DNA of 64,000 bases, from contig NC_045696.1 of the NCBI RefSeq assembly GCF_009834535.1, positions 39,992,001 to 40,056,000 of the forward strand, read 5' to 3'. The DNA comes from Camelus ferus. Lineage: Eukaryota. A program made the position numbers and the translations under genes. This document shows, piece by piece, positions 11,995 to 24,849 of the stretch. Under the pieces are notes generated by a model. The model worked only from the letters and a program-made list of their open reading frames with translations, was not told the origin of the DNA and searched no databases. Positions within the stretch are counted from its first letter, which is position 1, and every line of letters begins with the position of its first letter.

Positions 11995-14670
11995 CATTAT
12001 ACTAGTAGTAAAATTGAATCTATAATTTAAAAAACCTCCAAGCAAACAAAGTCAAGGACTGGACAGATTTACAGGGGAATTCTACCAAATAAAGAGGTAA
12101 TATCTATCCTCCTCAAACTATTCCAAAAAAATTGAAGAGGATGCAAAACTCTCAAATTCATTCTATGAGGCTACCGCTACTCTTACCAAAACAGACAAAG
12201 ATACTACAAATAATGAAAATTACAAAGCCAGTATCTTTGATGAATAGAGTTGCAAACATGCTCAACAAAATATTAGCAAACCAAATCCAACAATGTATTA
12301 AAAAAAATCATACTCCATGATCAAGTTGGATTTATTCCAGGGACACAAGGATGGTTCAATATTTGCAAATCAATCAATGTGATAAACCTTAATAACAAAA
12401 TGAGAGATAAACATCACATGATCATCTCAATAGATGCAGAAAAATATTTGACAAAATTCAACATCTGTTCATGATAAAAACTCAGCAGAAAGTGGGTATA
12501 GAGAGAACGTATCTCAACAACAGAAAGGCCATTTATGAAAAACCCATAGCCAACATTACATTCAATAGTGAAAAGCTGGAAATCTTTCCTCTAAATTCAC
12601 GAACAAGACAAGGATGTCCACTCTCACCACTCCTAGTTAACATATTATGGGAAGTCCTAGCCACAGCAATCAGACAAGAAAAATAAATAAAAGCATTCAA
12701 ATTGGAAGGGAAGAGGTAAAATTATCATTATTTGGAGATGATGTGATACTTTATTTAGAAAACCCTTAAGTCATCACCAAAAAACTATTAAGAGCTAGTA
12801 AGTAAAATGAGGGACAATGCAGGATACAAGATTAATGCACAGAAATCTGCTCCTTTTCTATACACTAATAGTAAACTATTAAAAATCAGAAAGAGAAACA
12901 AAAATAAAATCCTATTTAAAATCACATCAAAAAGAATAAAACTCCTAGGAATAAATTTAACTAAGAAGGTTAAAGACCTATACACTAAAAATTGTAGAAC
13001 CATGATGAAGGAAATTGAAGATGATAGAAAGAAATGGAAAGATATCTTGTCCTCTTGAACTGGAAGAATTAGTATTGTTAAAATGGTTATACTGTTCAAA
13101 GCTATCTACAGATTTCATGCAATCCCGATCAAAATATCTATGATATTTTTCACAGAACTAGAACAAATAATTCTAAAACCACAACCACAAAAGACCTTGA
13201 GTGGTCAAACCAATCTTGAGAAAAAAGAACAAAGGTGGAGTTATAATCCTCCCAACTTCAGATTATACTACAAAACTACAGTAATCAAAACAGCATGCTA
13301 CTGGCACAAAAATAGACACACAGATCAATGAAACAGAAAAGACAGCCCAGAAAAAAACCCAGACACCTATGGTCAATTAACCTACAACAAAGGAGGCAAG
13401 ACTATACAATGGAGAAAAGACAGATTCTTCAATAAGTGGTGCTGGAAAAACAGGACAGCTACATGTAAAAGAATGAGACTGGAACATTTTCTAACATCAT
13501 ATACAAAAATAAACTCAAAGTGTATTAAAAACCTTAATGTAAGACAAGAGACCATAAAACTCCTACAAGAAAATATAGGTGAAACTGTCTTTGACATAAC
13601 CTGCAGCAATATTTTTTGGAGCTATCTCATAAAGCAAAGGAAACAGAAGAAAAAAATAAACAAATGGGACCTAATTAAACTTAAAGCTTTTCACAGCAAA
13701 GGAAACCATCGACCAAATGTGAAGCAACCTACTAAATGGGAGAAAATACTTGCAAATGATATGACTGATAAGGGGTTAATATCCAAACTATATAAATATC
13801 TCATGCTACTTAAGATTAAAAAAAAAAACACGCAACCTGATTAAAAAATGGGCAGAGGATTGGAATAGAAATTTTTTCCAAAGAAGACGTACAGATGGTC
13901 AACAAGCACATAAAGAGATGCTCAACATCTTAATCATCAGAGAAATGAAAATTAAACCCTCGATGAGATATCACCTCACAGCTATCAAAATGTCTATCAT
14001 CAAAAAGCATACAGAATCAAATGTTGGCAAGGATGCAGAGAAAAAGGAACGCTTGTACACTATTAACAGAAATGTAAATTGGTGCAGTCACTGTGAAAAG
14101 TACTATGAAAGTTTCTGAAAAAACTAAAAATAGAACTACCATATGACCCAGCAATTCCATTCCTGGGTATATATATGCAGAAAACAAAAACACTAATTGG
14201 AAAAGATACATGCACCCCAATGTTTACAGCAGCATTATTAACAATGGACAAGATATGGAAGCAACCTAAGTGTCCATCAATAGATGAATGGAGAATAGAA
14301 CAGAGAAAATAGAGAGAATGAATAGAGAAAGACAAAAACTGTATAATATCACATATTTGGAATCTAAAAACTAAAACAAACTAGTAAACAAAACAAAAAA
14401 GAAACAGATTCACAGATATAGAGACCAAACTAGTGGTTACTAATGAGGAGAGGGAAGGGGGAAGGACAAGATACAGAAATGGGATTAAGAGGTACAAACT
14501 ACTGTGTATAGAATAAATACACTACAAGGATATACTGTATGGCACAAGGAATATAGCTAATACTTTATAATAATTATAAATGGAGTGTAACCTTTCAAAA
14601 TTATGAATCACTATGTTGTACATCTGAATTATATATTACTTTACATCAACTACACCTCAATAATTTTTTT
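11995..14670 (+). mobile_element. Middle-aged 5'-truncated LINE-1 covering ORF2 RT domain to 3' UTR
   Basis: RT-region remnants '[14 protein letters not shown]' and '[11 protein letters not shown]', plus a decayed FADD motif 'tttggagatgatgtgatac'. Many stops. The 3' UTR ends 'catcaactacacctcaataa'. Confidence 0.93.
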
Positions 14671-15464
14671 AAAAGTATATATGGTTTGTTTTCGGGAACA
14701 TAATCTATGCAATGAGTTTGACTTTGAAAAGTTCAGGTTTACTAAGTAGACAATTATGTTAGTAATTCAAATTATGAAGAATTTGCAAATTTCATTCCTT
14801 TAAGTTAACAAGTTACCAGTTACATTTTTAAATAATTCAATTTATAAAAGCATTTACTTTTATTAACATATCTTTCAGAAATTAATCTAGTGTTATGAAA
14901 CGTTGTTCTCTAAATTACCAATTTATGAGCAAGAACACTCAGATTCTATGTTCTACAACTTAAGACCACATATATTCTCCAAAATTATCTAGTTAATACT
15001 ATTATTGGGAATATATTTTAAATATAATTTTGAGGTGCTACTTCATACACAGTTAAATATTAAATAAAAAGCATACATAAACATTGTGTTTGTACCATTT
15101 AAATTTTAAACAAATCTCTGTATCATGTGAAATCCATTAGTAGATCTAGACCATGTATTAAAAAAGTAGTTATCATAAAACCTGTAAATGTTTATGAAAA
15201 CTTTTCTAGTTTACAAAATTATCTTACTTGTTCCTCAGAAATGAAGGTAAATATATCTGTATTAATATGCTTATTTTACATGTTAGAAAACTGAGATTCA
15301 AAATCCCATACCTTTTGCCCATATCTTCTCCATCTCATCTTACATGATCACTTCATTCCTCTCCTTACTTAATCACTTGGCAGTATGGGGCATTGTTAAA
15401 TATGTTCTGTCTCCCAAAACTCTCTCTAAAAACTTCATTATTTACACACAAAAAAAGGATATTT

Positions 15465-15839
15465 GTTAAATGACAAGACTGTTAATACAATGAAGAGACA
15501 GGTGACTAAGTGAGACCAATAAGGGATTAATATCTAGGCTACACAAAAGATACTTGTAAATCAGTAAGAAAAAGACATTGATCCCATGGGGAAAATAAGT
15601 AAACGATACAAACAGGCAATTTTTAAAAGAGGCAACAGAAAAGGCTAACAAACCTATAAACTCCAATTCATTAGCAACAAAAGAATAGTAAGTCTCCCAA
15701 AATACTCACCTATGTCCCCAAGTGAATGTGTATCTGGATATTCTTTACAATAGTATTTGGGGTAGTGGAAAGCTGGAGGCAATCTACATGAACTTCAGTG
15801 GGCGAGTGGAAGCACACCATGGGGAATTATGCAGTAATT
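15465..15839 (+). mobile_element. Ancient L1ME-like 3' fragment, host of two younger L1s, resuming at about 17336-17530
   Basis: 'aataagggattaatatctagg...gatacttgtaaatcagtaagaaaaagac'. The sequence 'ggaattatgcagtaattaaagtaatgggt' joins cleanly to 'tagatgtatatggcaacag' once the inserts are removed. Confidence 0.65.
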
Positions 15840-15852
15840 AAAGTAATGGGTA

Positions 15853-16362
15853 GCAAATCAAAACTACAATGAGGTATTAACCTCACACCAGTCAGAACAG
15901 CCATCATTCAAAAGTTCACAAATGATAAATGCTGGAGAGGCTGTGGAGAAAAGGGAACCCTCCTTCACTGCTGGTGAGAATGCAGTTTGGTGCAGCCACT
16001 GTGGAAAACAGTATGGAGATTCCTCAAAAGGCTAGGAATAGACTTACCATATGACCCAGTCATCCCACTTCTGGGCATATATCCAGAAGGAACACTACTT
16101 CAAGTTTGAAGACACCTGCACCCCAGTGTTCATAGCAGCACTATTTACAATGGCCAAGACATGGAAATGGCCTAAATGTCCATCAACAGATGACTGGATA
16201 AAGAAGATGTGGTATATTTATACAATGGAATACTATTCAGCCATAAAAATGACAGCATAATGCCATTTGCAGCAACATGGATGTCTCTGGAGACTGTTAT
16301 TCAAAGTGAAGTAAGCCAGAAAGAGAAAGAAAAATATCATATGAGATCACTCATATGTGGAA

Positions 16363-16393
<31 letters not shown>

Positions 16394-16726
16394 GAATACA
16401 GATGAACTTCAATATAAAACAGAAACAGACTCATAGACATAGAATACAAACTAGTGGTTGCCAGGGGGAAGAGGGGTGGGAAGGGACAGAACAGGAGTTC
16501 GAAATTTGAAGATACTGACAGGCATATGTAGAATAGATAAACAAGTATATACTGTATAGCACAGGGAAATATATACAAGATCTTGTGGTAGCTCATGGTG
16601 AAAAAGAATGTGACAATCAATATATGTACGTTCATGTATAACTGAAAAATTGTGCTCTACACTGGAATTTGACACAACATTGTAAACTGACTATAACTCA
16701 ATAAAATAAAATTTAAAAATTTAAAA
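15853..16726 (+). mobile_element. Young 5'-truncated LINE-1: ORF2 Cys-rich end and 3' UTR
   Basis: Near-identical to the ORF2 end of the 6692-8630 copy but with a distinct 3' UTR. Poly(A) signal 'ctcaataaaa' and an A-rich tail. TSD aaagtaatgggta at 15840-15852 and 16727-16739. Confidence 0.95.
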
Positions 16727-16738
16727 AAAGTAATGGGT

Positions 16739-16778
16739 AAATGTCCGTCCACAGACAACTGGATAAAAAGTTGTGGTG

Positions 16779-16827
<49 letters not shown>

Positions 16828-17323
16828 GATGAAATACTACTCAGCCATAAAATGGAATAAAATAATGTCATTTACAGCAACATTGGATCAACCTGGAAAT
16901 CATCATTCTAAGTGAAGTAAGCCAGAAAGATAAAGATTAATATCATATGACATCATTTACATGTGAAATCTAAAAAAAATAATAATAATAAAGGACACAA
17001 ACTTATTTACAAAACAGAAACTGACTCACAGACACAGAAAATAAACTTATAGTTACCAGGGGAGAAAGTGGGTGGGAAGGGATAAGTTGGGAGTTCGAGA
17101 TTTGCAGATACTAACTACTATATATAAAATAGATAAACAACAAGTTTCTACTGTATGGCACAGGGAACTATATTCAATATCTTGTAGTCCTCTATGGTGA
17201 AAAAGAATATGGAAAGGAATATGTGTATGTATATGTATTACTGCAACATTATGATGTACACCAGAAATTGACACATTGTAAACTGACTATACTTCAACAA
17301 AAACAAGTAAAAAAAAAAAAAAA
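16739..17323 (+). mobile_element. Second young 5'-truncated LINE-1 3' end, directly in tandem
   Basis: Starts 'aaatgtccgtccacagacaactggataaaaag'. The 3' UTR resembles that of the 6692 copy. It has a poly(A) tail and a TSD copy aaactaatgggt at 17324-17335. Confidence 0.95.
16782..16827 (+). repeat. Compound (AC)n(AT)n microsatellite inside an L1
   Basis: Direct read. It sits where sister copies have only 'tatatttataca'. Confidence 0.95.
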
Positions 17324-17599
17324 AAACTAATGGGTTAGATGTATATGGCAACAGAAGTGAATCTTAAAGTCCAAACTACAATATTTACATAAATTAAGAA
17401 TACATGCGTACAAAGCAATATTTCATATTTTGAGAACAAAAATAAGCAAAAAGGTAACGTTAATCAATTTGGATGACTGCCTATAGGAAGAAGAAAGGCA
17501 GAGGGTTATGTGGATAATGAGAAACATTGGGGAAAGGTAAATAAAAGAAACACTCTTTTCCTCCCCTTCACCACTTCAGTCTGTCTACTTCTCTCCATC

Positions 17600-18180
17600 A
17601 CAGTAATCTAAGCTTCCTTTACTTCAAGAACATTCTGATTTCCCTCCATTTTCTCTTACTTTTCTCCTTTACATTTTGCCACCTTGGACACAATGACTTT
17701 TAAAAATCCAAATCTCTTCATTTCACTCCCTTTCTAAAACTTTTCCAAGGCTTTCTTTTGCTTTCTGGATAAAAATCAAAACCTTAATACAACCTTATCC
17801 AGCCTCATGTTGGGCATTCTGTTCCTTGAAAATGCTCTGATGCCTTTAGGTCAATGCCTCCGTCTAGAATGTTCTGTCCTCTCCTCACCTAACTGACTCG
17901 TATTCATCTTTCAGATCCATCTCTTACCATCTGACTTCCCTTTGCTATACTCTCAAAAGCATCTTGTAGTTATTATTTATATAATATTATTCATATCACC
18001 TATTACAGATGGAATTACTTCTGGTAATCATTTCAGTGATTTGTATTTCTACCAATATTTTTAAGCTCCCCAAAGGTAGGGACCCTAATGGTTTTGCTCA
18101 TCCTCATATTCAAAGAACTTGATGAGGTGCTAGCCCCTCATAATTGGCTGCCAGTAATTATCTGTTAAACAAATGATTAA
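17600..18180 (+). mobile_element. LINE-2 3' end fossil
   Basis: 'aaatctcttcatttcactccctttctaaaacttttccaaggc...taagctcccccaaaggtagggacc...ttttgctcatc'. Confidence 0.65.
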
Positions 18181-18944
18181 ATGGAAGAATTCCTGCTTAA
18201 AGGAAAATATTGGACACCTGCTCTCATTATTTAAATAAGAGATCTGTAGAAGGAAGTTTAGAATAATAGTTATAATAAACAGACTGTGAGTCAGAGAAAG
18301 AAATGATGTTCAAATGGAAAAAACAGGAAATGAAATTAAGAAACACAGACATTTTACTTCTAGATTTAACTATTAAATGATTATTCTAAGTGTGTGCAAA
18401 AGAAGAGCATCACACATCTATTTTATATTTCTCTTTTCAGAATCTTTGTATACTTCTGTAGCTGCTGAAAGAAAGTTTCTAAATTCAACTCCAAATGACA
18501 ACTTTCAAACAATAATGTTTTTTATGAAACAAAGCCAGGAGATTTTACATCACAGATGTCCATGTACCCAACAACTCATTGTTCAGAAACTAATTCCAAA
18601 ATATTCTCTTTAAAAATTTGCTAATGCATTTCCTTATGTAAACAAATGTGAAGACAGCCTGAGGGCTGCTATGTTTTTCAAGTATACAACATCTGTTTTT
18701 TAAATTCTGTGGCATTCCAACTAGCCTAAAGGAAACTTCAGAAAAAATCCTATAAATGGTATACCCCATGCACACACATTTGATAATGACTAGAACATAT
18801 GGCAGCTGTAAATTTGGGAAGAAAATCACTGTTTCTCATTGGAACCAGTCTAATCATAGAAAGGAAGCCTCAGAAACAGGATATTTGTTATTCAGAAGTC
18901 CATGTCAATCAGCCTAGATATGTTTTCAAAGTAAAATAAAATGA

Positions 18945-19130
18945 TCAGGTGCTTTACAAATATTATGTCATTCAAGTCCTGTGAGGTATATATAAATGTC
19001 AACATTTACAGCAGTAGAAACTGAGACTCAGTTAAACAATTAACTGCAGTAGACACAGTTAGGTAACAGTAGGGTAGGGCTCACTTGGGCTTGAACCCAA
19101 GGATAACTCCGAAGTCTTCATGGTGTTCAC
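18945..19130 (-). mobile_element. MIR SINE
   Basis: MIR core 'catttacagcagtagaaactgagactcag' and 'gggcttgaacccaagg'. Confidence 0.65.
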
Positions 19131-19759
19131 TCAGGCCTGCCTTAAAGGATTCCTTGCCTCTTTAAATCCCAGTCTTTCTCAGACTGTGACTGTAACTCTA
19201 GAGCTCATCTCAAAATTTTATGTCTCTCACCAGTTTGCCTCTGTCAACTTTGAACATTTTCATAGTAGTTACTATGACAGACGTTAGAAATGTGTGGACC
19301 TGTTGCTCATCTAACTAAAGGGTAACTTGAAACTGATTCCTATTCGCATCTAGTTTTCTTTCTCTTTTCATCTTGTTGGTCACAGCATATCTTGGGCAAG
19401 CACTTAACACAAATACTAAAAGTTTATATGTCAAGAGTTAAAAGAATAGAATAATGAATGACACTCTATCATTTTCAAATTTCTGGTGCATATACTAGCT
19501 TATTTAAGAAGACTTTTTAGGTCAATTTGACTTTAATGCTTTCTAGAGCAAATGAAGCCAGCAAAATATTCCTCTCTTCAGAAGTCTGCCTTGTAAATTA
19601 AGGGCCACAATGAAGGGAAAATTCCCCAAGCTGGTCCAAAATAGAGCTCTCCTACTCAATACCTATGTGTATTATTTGCCTACTAAAAGAAACTGAAGAA
19701 GAGATTTCCCTTCCAAAGACCAAACCCTTTGTATTCATGGACTTTTCTCAGTCTCACCT

Positions 19760-19940
19760 TGTTAAGCTTGAGATTCTAACACTTGCTAATTTAATCTAAG
19801 TAGTCTTCGGTGAATCATTTAACTTCACTTCAGTGTTTTAATTCATAAAAAAAGTTGTAGAAATACATAACAAGATTATCTTTAATGATTAAATAATATA
19901 TTTAAAGCAGACCTGGCTTAGAGAAAGTTCTCAATCAGTG
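19760..19940 (+). mobile_element. MIR SINE, decayed
   Basis: 'tcttcggtgaatcatttaacttcacttcagtgttttaattcataaaa...tttaaagcagacctggc'. Confidence 0.5.
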
Positions 19941-20587
19941 CTTTTCTCCTCTTGTCTCCTCTTTCTATCGTATTCTAAATTCTCAGAGGCTCTTGCTCAG
20001 TTTCCCTAATTTTCTTTCCTTCTGTAATTTATTTCGTCACTAATACCCTACAATCTTGATTTGCTTATTCTGAGTTAATGTCTCTCAAACCTCAAGGCCT
20101 TTCCTAACTGGAGTTTCCATCAACCTCCTATTTCTCCCCCTTACTCTAGAGTAGCTTGGAACTTTATATCAAAGATTAAATTTTTTAAATGGGTAGGTTG
20201 TGGTTTTGTAACTCATCTGGAAATTGAGCACATCAAAAATTCATATGTCCTGTAGTGAGATGGTAGAACATAGTTACTCCCCTCTCAGCATTCCTATAGG
20301 AAAGTAGCATATCTGCATTGAATTAGAGTCCAAGGTTCCTGTCTCTAGCCAAGCTGGAGATACTTCCGAGTACATAGTAACTTTTGAGTGATGGGGTGGC
20401 TTGCTAAAAGGCTCACTTTCAGTCTTGATATTTGGGTTTAGGCTATGTAAATTGTAGTAACAAGCAGATCTAGGAAAGTAATTAAGGGAAATGTAATACT
20501 CAGAGATGGTCATAAGGAATAAATATTATCATCATCAGCAGACTAGTATGGCTTGTTGCTCAGGCTAACTGGGAATATCAGTGACTT

Positions 20588-21058
20588 TGTGGGAGTTTTA
20601 AAACATAGCCCCCAAATTCTTTTGACATTCAAGGGGCTCTCTGTAATTACTTGAGCAATAGACTATGCCAGAAATCATATTGCACAATTTTCTAGGCCCA
20701 GGTCAAAAAATTGGTAACTTCCATTTCCCATTTCTTAGAACACTTACTCCTGGAACCTAGCCACCATGCAGAGAGGAAGCCCAGTCAGTTCATGAGGAGC
20801 CGAAAGGGAGATGAACCAAAAGGCTCTGGCTCATGGTCTGAAGCGGTTCCAAGTTAACAGTCAGACCAACTTGCTAGTCATAAGAGTTAAGTCACCTTAA
20901 CAGTGGATCTTTCAGGCTCCAGTAGATGCCTTGTGGAGCAAAGATGAGTCGTTCTCAACAGACCCTGCAAAATTCTATATTTGTGAGCAAATTTTTGATG
21001 TTATTTGAGCTATTAAGTTTTGGGTGACTTGTTAGGCACCAATAGCTAATTGGACTAG
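20588..21058 (+). mobile_element. MaLR solo LTR, MLT1E/F-like
   Basis: 'aaacatagcccccaaattctttgacattc...ctcctggaacctagccaccatgcagagaggaagccc...ttaagttttgggtgacttgttaggcaccaatagctaa'. Confidence 0.75.
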
Positions 21059-21195
21059 GCACATATTCAAAAGAGCACCAGTGTTGCCTAAGGTTGAGGG
21101 AGTGAATGTCACAAGTTGGGATCTGTACCCTCTATGCTCCCTACATTCAAATATATATATATACATATATATATATACACATACACATACATACA

Positions 21196-21835
21196 CAGTC
21201 GATCCTCATCATTCACAGATTCTTCATTTGCAAACTTGCCTACTCACTAAAATTTGTCAACCCTAAACCAAGATTCATAGCACTTTAATTGTCATTCATG
21301 GACATGCAAAGTGATGAAAATTTTGAGTCACTCAACATACACATTCCCAGCTGAGACTGAACATAGCAACACTGCCTTCTTGTTTCAGTTCTCCTACTAT
21401 AAATGAGTGCCCTTTTTGTGGTCTATTTAGTGTCATGTTTTTCATTATTTTGTGTTTTTCTTGGTAATTTTGCTGTTTAAATGACCCCTGAGCATCATGT
21501 TGAACTGCTCCTGGGTGTTCCTAAGTGCAAGAGGACTGACGTGCATTGTGGAGAAAATATGTGTGTTAGATAAGCTCTGCCCAGGCATGGCTGACAGTGT
21601 TAGTTGCCTAAACTCAATGTTAATGAAACAATAATGCATGTTAAATAAGATGTATTTAAACAGAAACACATATTAAACAAGTTTAAGTATTGACTGGTTA
21701 ACAAAAATGTTATGACCAGAGGATCACAGGAACCCCATCTAGTATTTCTCCTAGGAACAATGGTTCAGCAATCACAAATTCAGGTTTTGTGGCTACTTTA
21801 TAGAACATAACTATATGAATAATGAGAATCAATTG
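21196..21835 (+). mobile_element. MER82-like non-autonomous TcMar-Tigger DNA transposon, about full length
   Basis: Terminal inverted repeats 'cagtcgatcctcatcattca' / 'tgaataatgagaatcaattg', with TA at 21836-21837. The internal sequence matches the recalled MER82 consensus and the length is about 640 bp. Confidence 0.85.
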
Positions 21836-21892
21836 TATGTATCTCAACCTACTATCTCAATGATTCTGCCTAACTTCCAGATATATATGTGT

Positions 21893-21894
<2 letters not shown>

Positions 21895-21927
<33 letters not shown>
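21895..21927 (+). repeat. (CA)n microsatellite
   Basis: Direct read. Confidence 0.95.
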
Positions 21928-21931
<4 letters not shown>

Positions 21932-22954
21932 AGCATGATAGTATAGGAAATCACCCACATAAACTATAAAATATCAGTCCTGTCTATTTGTCTTATTACA
22001 GTATAAAATTTATTAAAATATGTGAAAAACTTGTGCCATTTTATGAACAGATTTAGTAATTTCATATCCAAGTTATCTGTTTCCCAATCATACATATTAC
22101 TCACAAATTATTTTATCTATACTTCACCTTTTAAATGAGGCACTGTTTTCTAGCTAAGTGAGGGGAAATCATGATTTCCTACATACAATACGAATTTAAT
22201 GAAAGCTATATCACTTTGAAATGTGTATGATCAGATAAGTACATGGCAAAGATGACTGTGGTTGAAGGTGGGATATTATAGACTGGATAATTCCCCAAAC
22301 TCAGGTATGAATAAAGCTTTTGTCTACTATTCATTTGCTCTTTTCTTCTCACTGATAAATTTCATAGGTCCACTCTCAGAAACTGCCCTCCTTCTGAATA
22401 TGTAAAGATTATATGATGGAAAATTTGTAGCCCCCAAGTGTTAACCTGTATTTCATTCCCTAAATCTAAACTCAAAAATAACATCCTTTCTTTATCTAGT
22501 TTACAGTTGGTTCGTGACAGCTGAAGTTTGGACACAGAGGAATATCTAAATCTAGCTTTTCCTGCATGAGTTACAAGTAATCATCTATCTTTTGCTCCCT
22601 CTTCCAGATGTTCCTGATCCCCCATCCCCCTACCCCTGGCCTTTTGATGTATGACATGCTGGAATGCTGGAGAGAGAAGAGCACTTTTCGGTCAGACAAG
22701 AAAACAGAGCTAAACATGGAACAAGGGACCAAATTCTAATTTTAAAGAAAGAAGCTCAGTAGAAGCCAAGGTTTTCATTTCACACTGTGGGACCTCCACT
22801 GTGCCAGGAGGAAAAAAAGGAGAAACTATACACAAAATGACTTTCATTATATTTTTGTCTTAATGAAAAATCTTGATAGAAGAAAATGTAACTTTAGAAT
22901 GGAAGTGATATTTTGGCTCATTTTCCAATGCATTACCTCTATCTTATTTAAGTT

Positions 22955-23344
22955 TTTTCCCGGTTTATTGAAATATGATTGACAAATAATGTGCAAATTT
23001 AAGGTGTACAACATGTTGATTTGATATGCATATATTGTGAAATGATTATCGCAGGTTAGTTAACACATCCATCACCTTACCTGGTTATTTTTTGTGTGTG
23101 GTGAGAGCACGTAAGATCTACTCTCTTATACATAGACAGCCCTCTGTACATTAGATGTCCAGAACTTATTCACCTTATAACCGAAAAACTGTACCCTCTG
23201 ACCAACATCTCCCCATTTTCCCCACCCCTTGGCAAGCACATAGAATTGAGATCATACAGTATTTTTCTTTCTCTATCTGACATTTTACTTAGCATAATGC
23301 CTTCAAGGTCATCCATGTTGTCACAAATGGTAGGATTTCCTTCT
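22955..23344 (-). mobile_element. L1MA9/L1MA10-like 3' end, inserted into a MIR
   Basis: 'tttattgaaatatgattgacaaat...tttaaggtgtacaacatgttgatttg...ttagttaacacatccatcacc'. The MIR core 'aaatgagaaaactgagtcccaaagag' follows at 23345. Confidence 0.85.
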
Positions 23345-24849
23345 AAATGAGAAAACTGAGTCCCAAAGAGATGTTACCTATCCAAGCTCTCACAGTTTTC
23401 TGGTGACAGTACCTGAAATGGAACTCAAGTCTCAATGCTATTATTTTTGTACTGTAGTTGAGTCAGGATCCAAGAACACCCAGAAAAAAACCTTCAACAG
23501 TATATCAACATTCTTACTTCTTGACCCATAATAATAGTGGATTGATGTAAATCACAGAACACTTTTGGGCTTTACCCTTAGAATTCATAATCCCTCTATT
23601 TTGTACATAAAAAATGTGTGTGGTGATGTAATGCCATTAATTCTTTTACTGATACACCATAGAGATGGCTGTCTTAGGATTGCTTATTTTACGGACATGT
23701 AAATTCCTTTTTTAAAATGTTACTGGAAACAGCAGAGAACATTTTCTTCTCTTCCCCATTATAGCTGTGAAATTCCATTCAGTAATAGTGTCCCAGGCAG
23801 TTTGGAGAATTACCATTGCCTTCATCTAGTAACAGAATGGTGACTTCTGGTGAGAAACTGAAGTGACTGGTTAGCAGGAAAGACTCATTGATACTATGAT
23901 CCTGAACCCAGACACAGTGGAGAAAAGTAAATGAACTTGACCCCCTAGTTCTGTTTCAGTGGTTTCTAGAGTCAAATAAGCATAAAGGGACAGTGACTCT
24001 TGTGTAGGTTCAGTATTATTCTATGGACAGTGGAGCAATGGAGCAAGAGAGAATGAGCCTGGAAATCTAGTGCTTAACTAATGTGTTCATAGAAAACCTG
24101 ATTAGCTTTGGCTGGTTCAAAGCAGTGTCTGATCTGAAACAAGTGTTTATTGCCTAGTGACCAGATTTTCCTTTATTGAAGTTGTATGATTCACTTGAAG
24201 TGTTTTGCCATACCAAATTGGTTAGCTAATTTGAATAAGGAACCCAGATATGTTATTTCTTCCCCAGACTTCTTTAAATAATAGTTTCTTTCCTTCCTCA
24301 TATCCAAAACACAATTATTAAAATGGAAACATCTTAATAATTTTGAGAAATTCATGAGAATCCCTTCAAAATATAAAATATGAGTAGGACATGGTGCATG
24401 ACTCATGGTTGAAATATGTTTTAGCCAATGTTCAGGGCCTCTGCATGGCATAACTCCAAGAGTATCATTTATAACATTTTTTTAACACAAATAGAGCATC
24501 CAGACTATTAGTCTGGTTCAAAGGAAAAAATAAGTCTGAGAGATGGGGTAATAGCATAGTATCAGAGGTCAAGAAAGCATGGACTATGTGAAAAGCCTTG
24601 ACCCAGATGAGAGAGACGTGAAGAACAGACTGTTAATGGGAAAAAAACCTGAGAGAGATGAAAAATTAATCTAGTTTGAGGAGTATGCCAGACACTGTTC
24701 AGTCAGTCAGGGAAGATGTATATCATATTCATGTCCAAGATCACAAAAATGAAAGAGTTAAGCTATAGAGGCAAGGAGGACCTCAGTTTCCTGTTCTTGA
24801 AGTTTCCAATAGTTCCCTTGTGGGCATTTTACTTCCGTCTTGCTCAGTC

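Noticed and set aside
11335..14670. A full-length or active L1
   Set aside because: ORF1 and the endonuclease region are missing, ORF2 has many stops and frameshifts, and the two parts differ in age.
14680..15240. Very AT-rich block as ERV1 internal sequence
   Set aside because: Only a vague compositional resemblance, with no diagnostic motif I can support without a search.
21445..21669. ORF inside the MER82-like element as a transposase
   Set aside because: It is an antisense chance ORF in a non-autonomous, decayed element with no catalytic domain.
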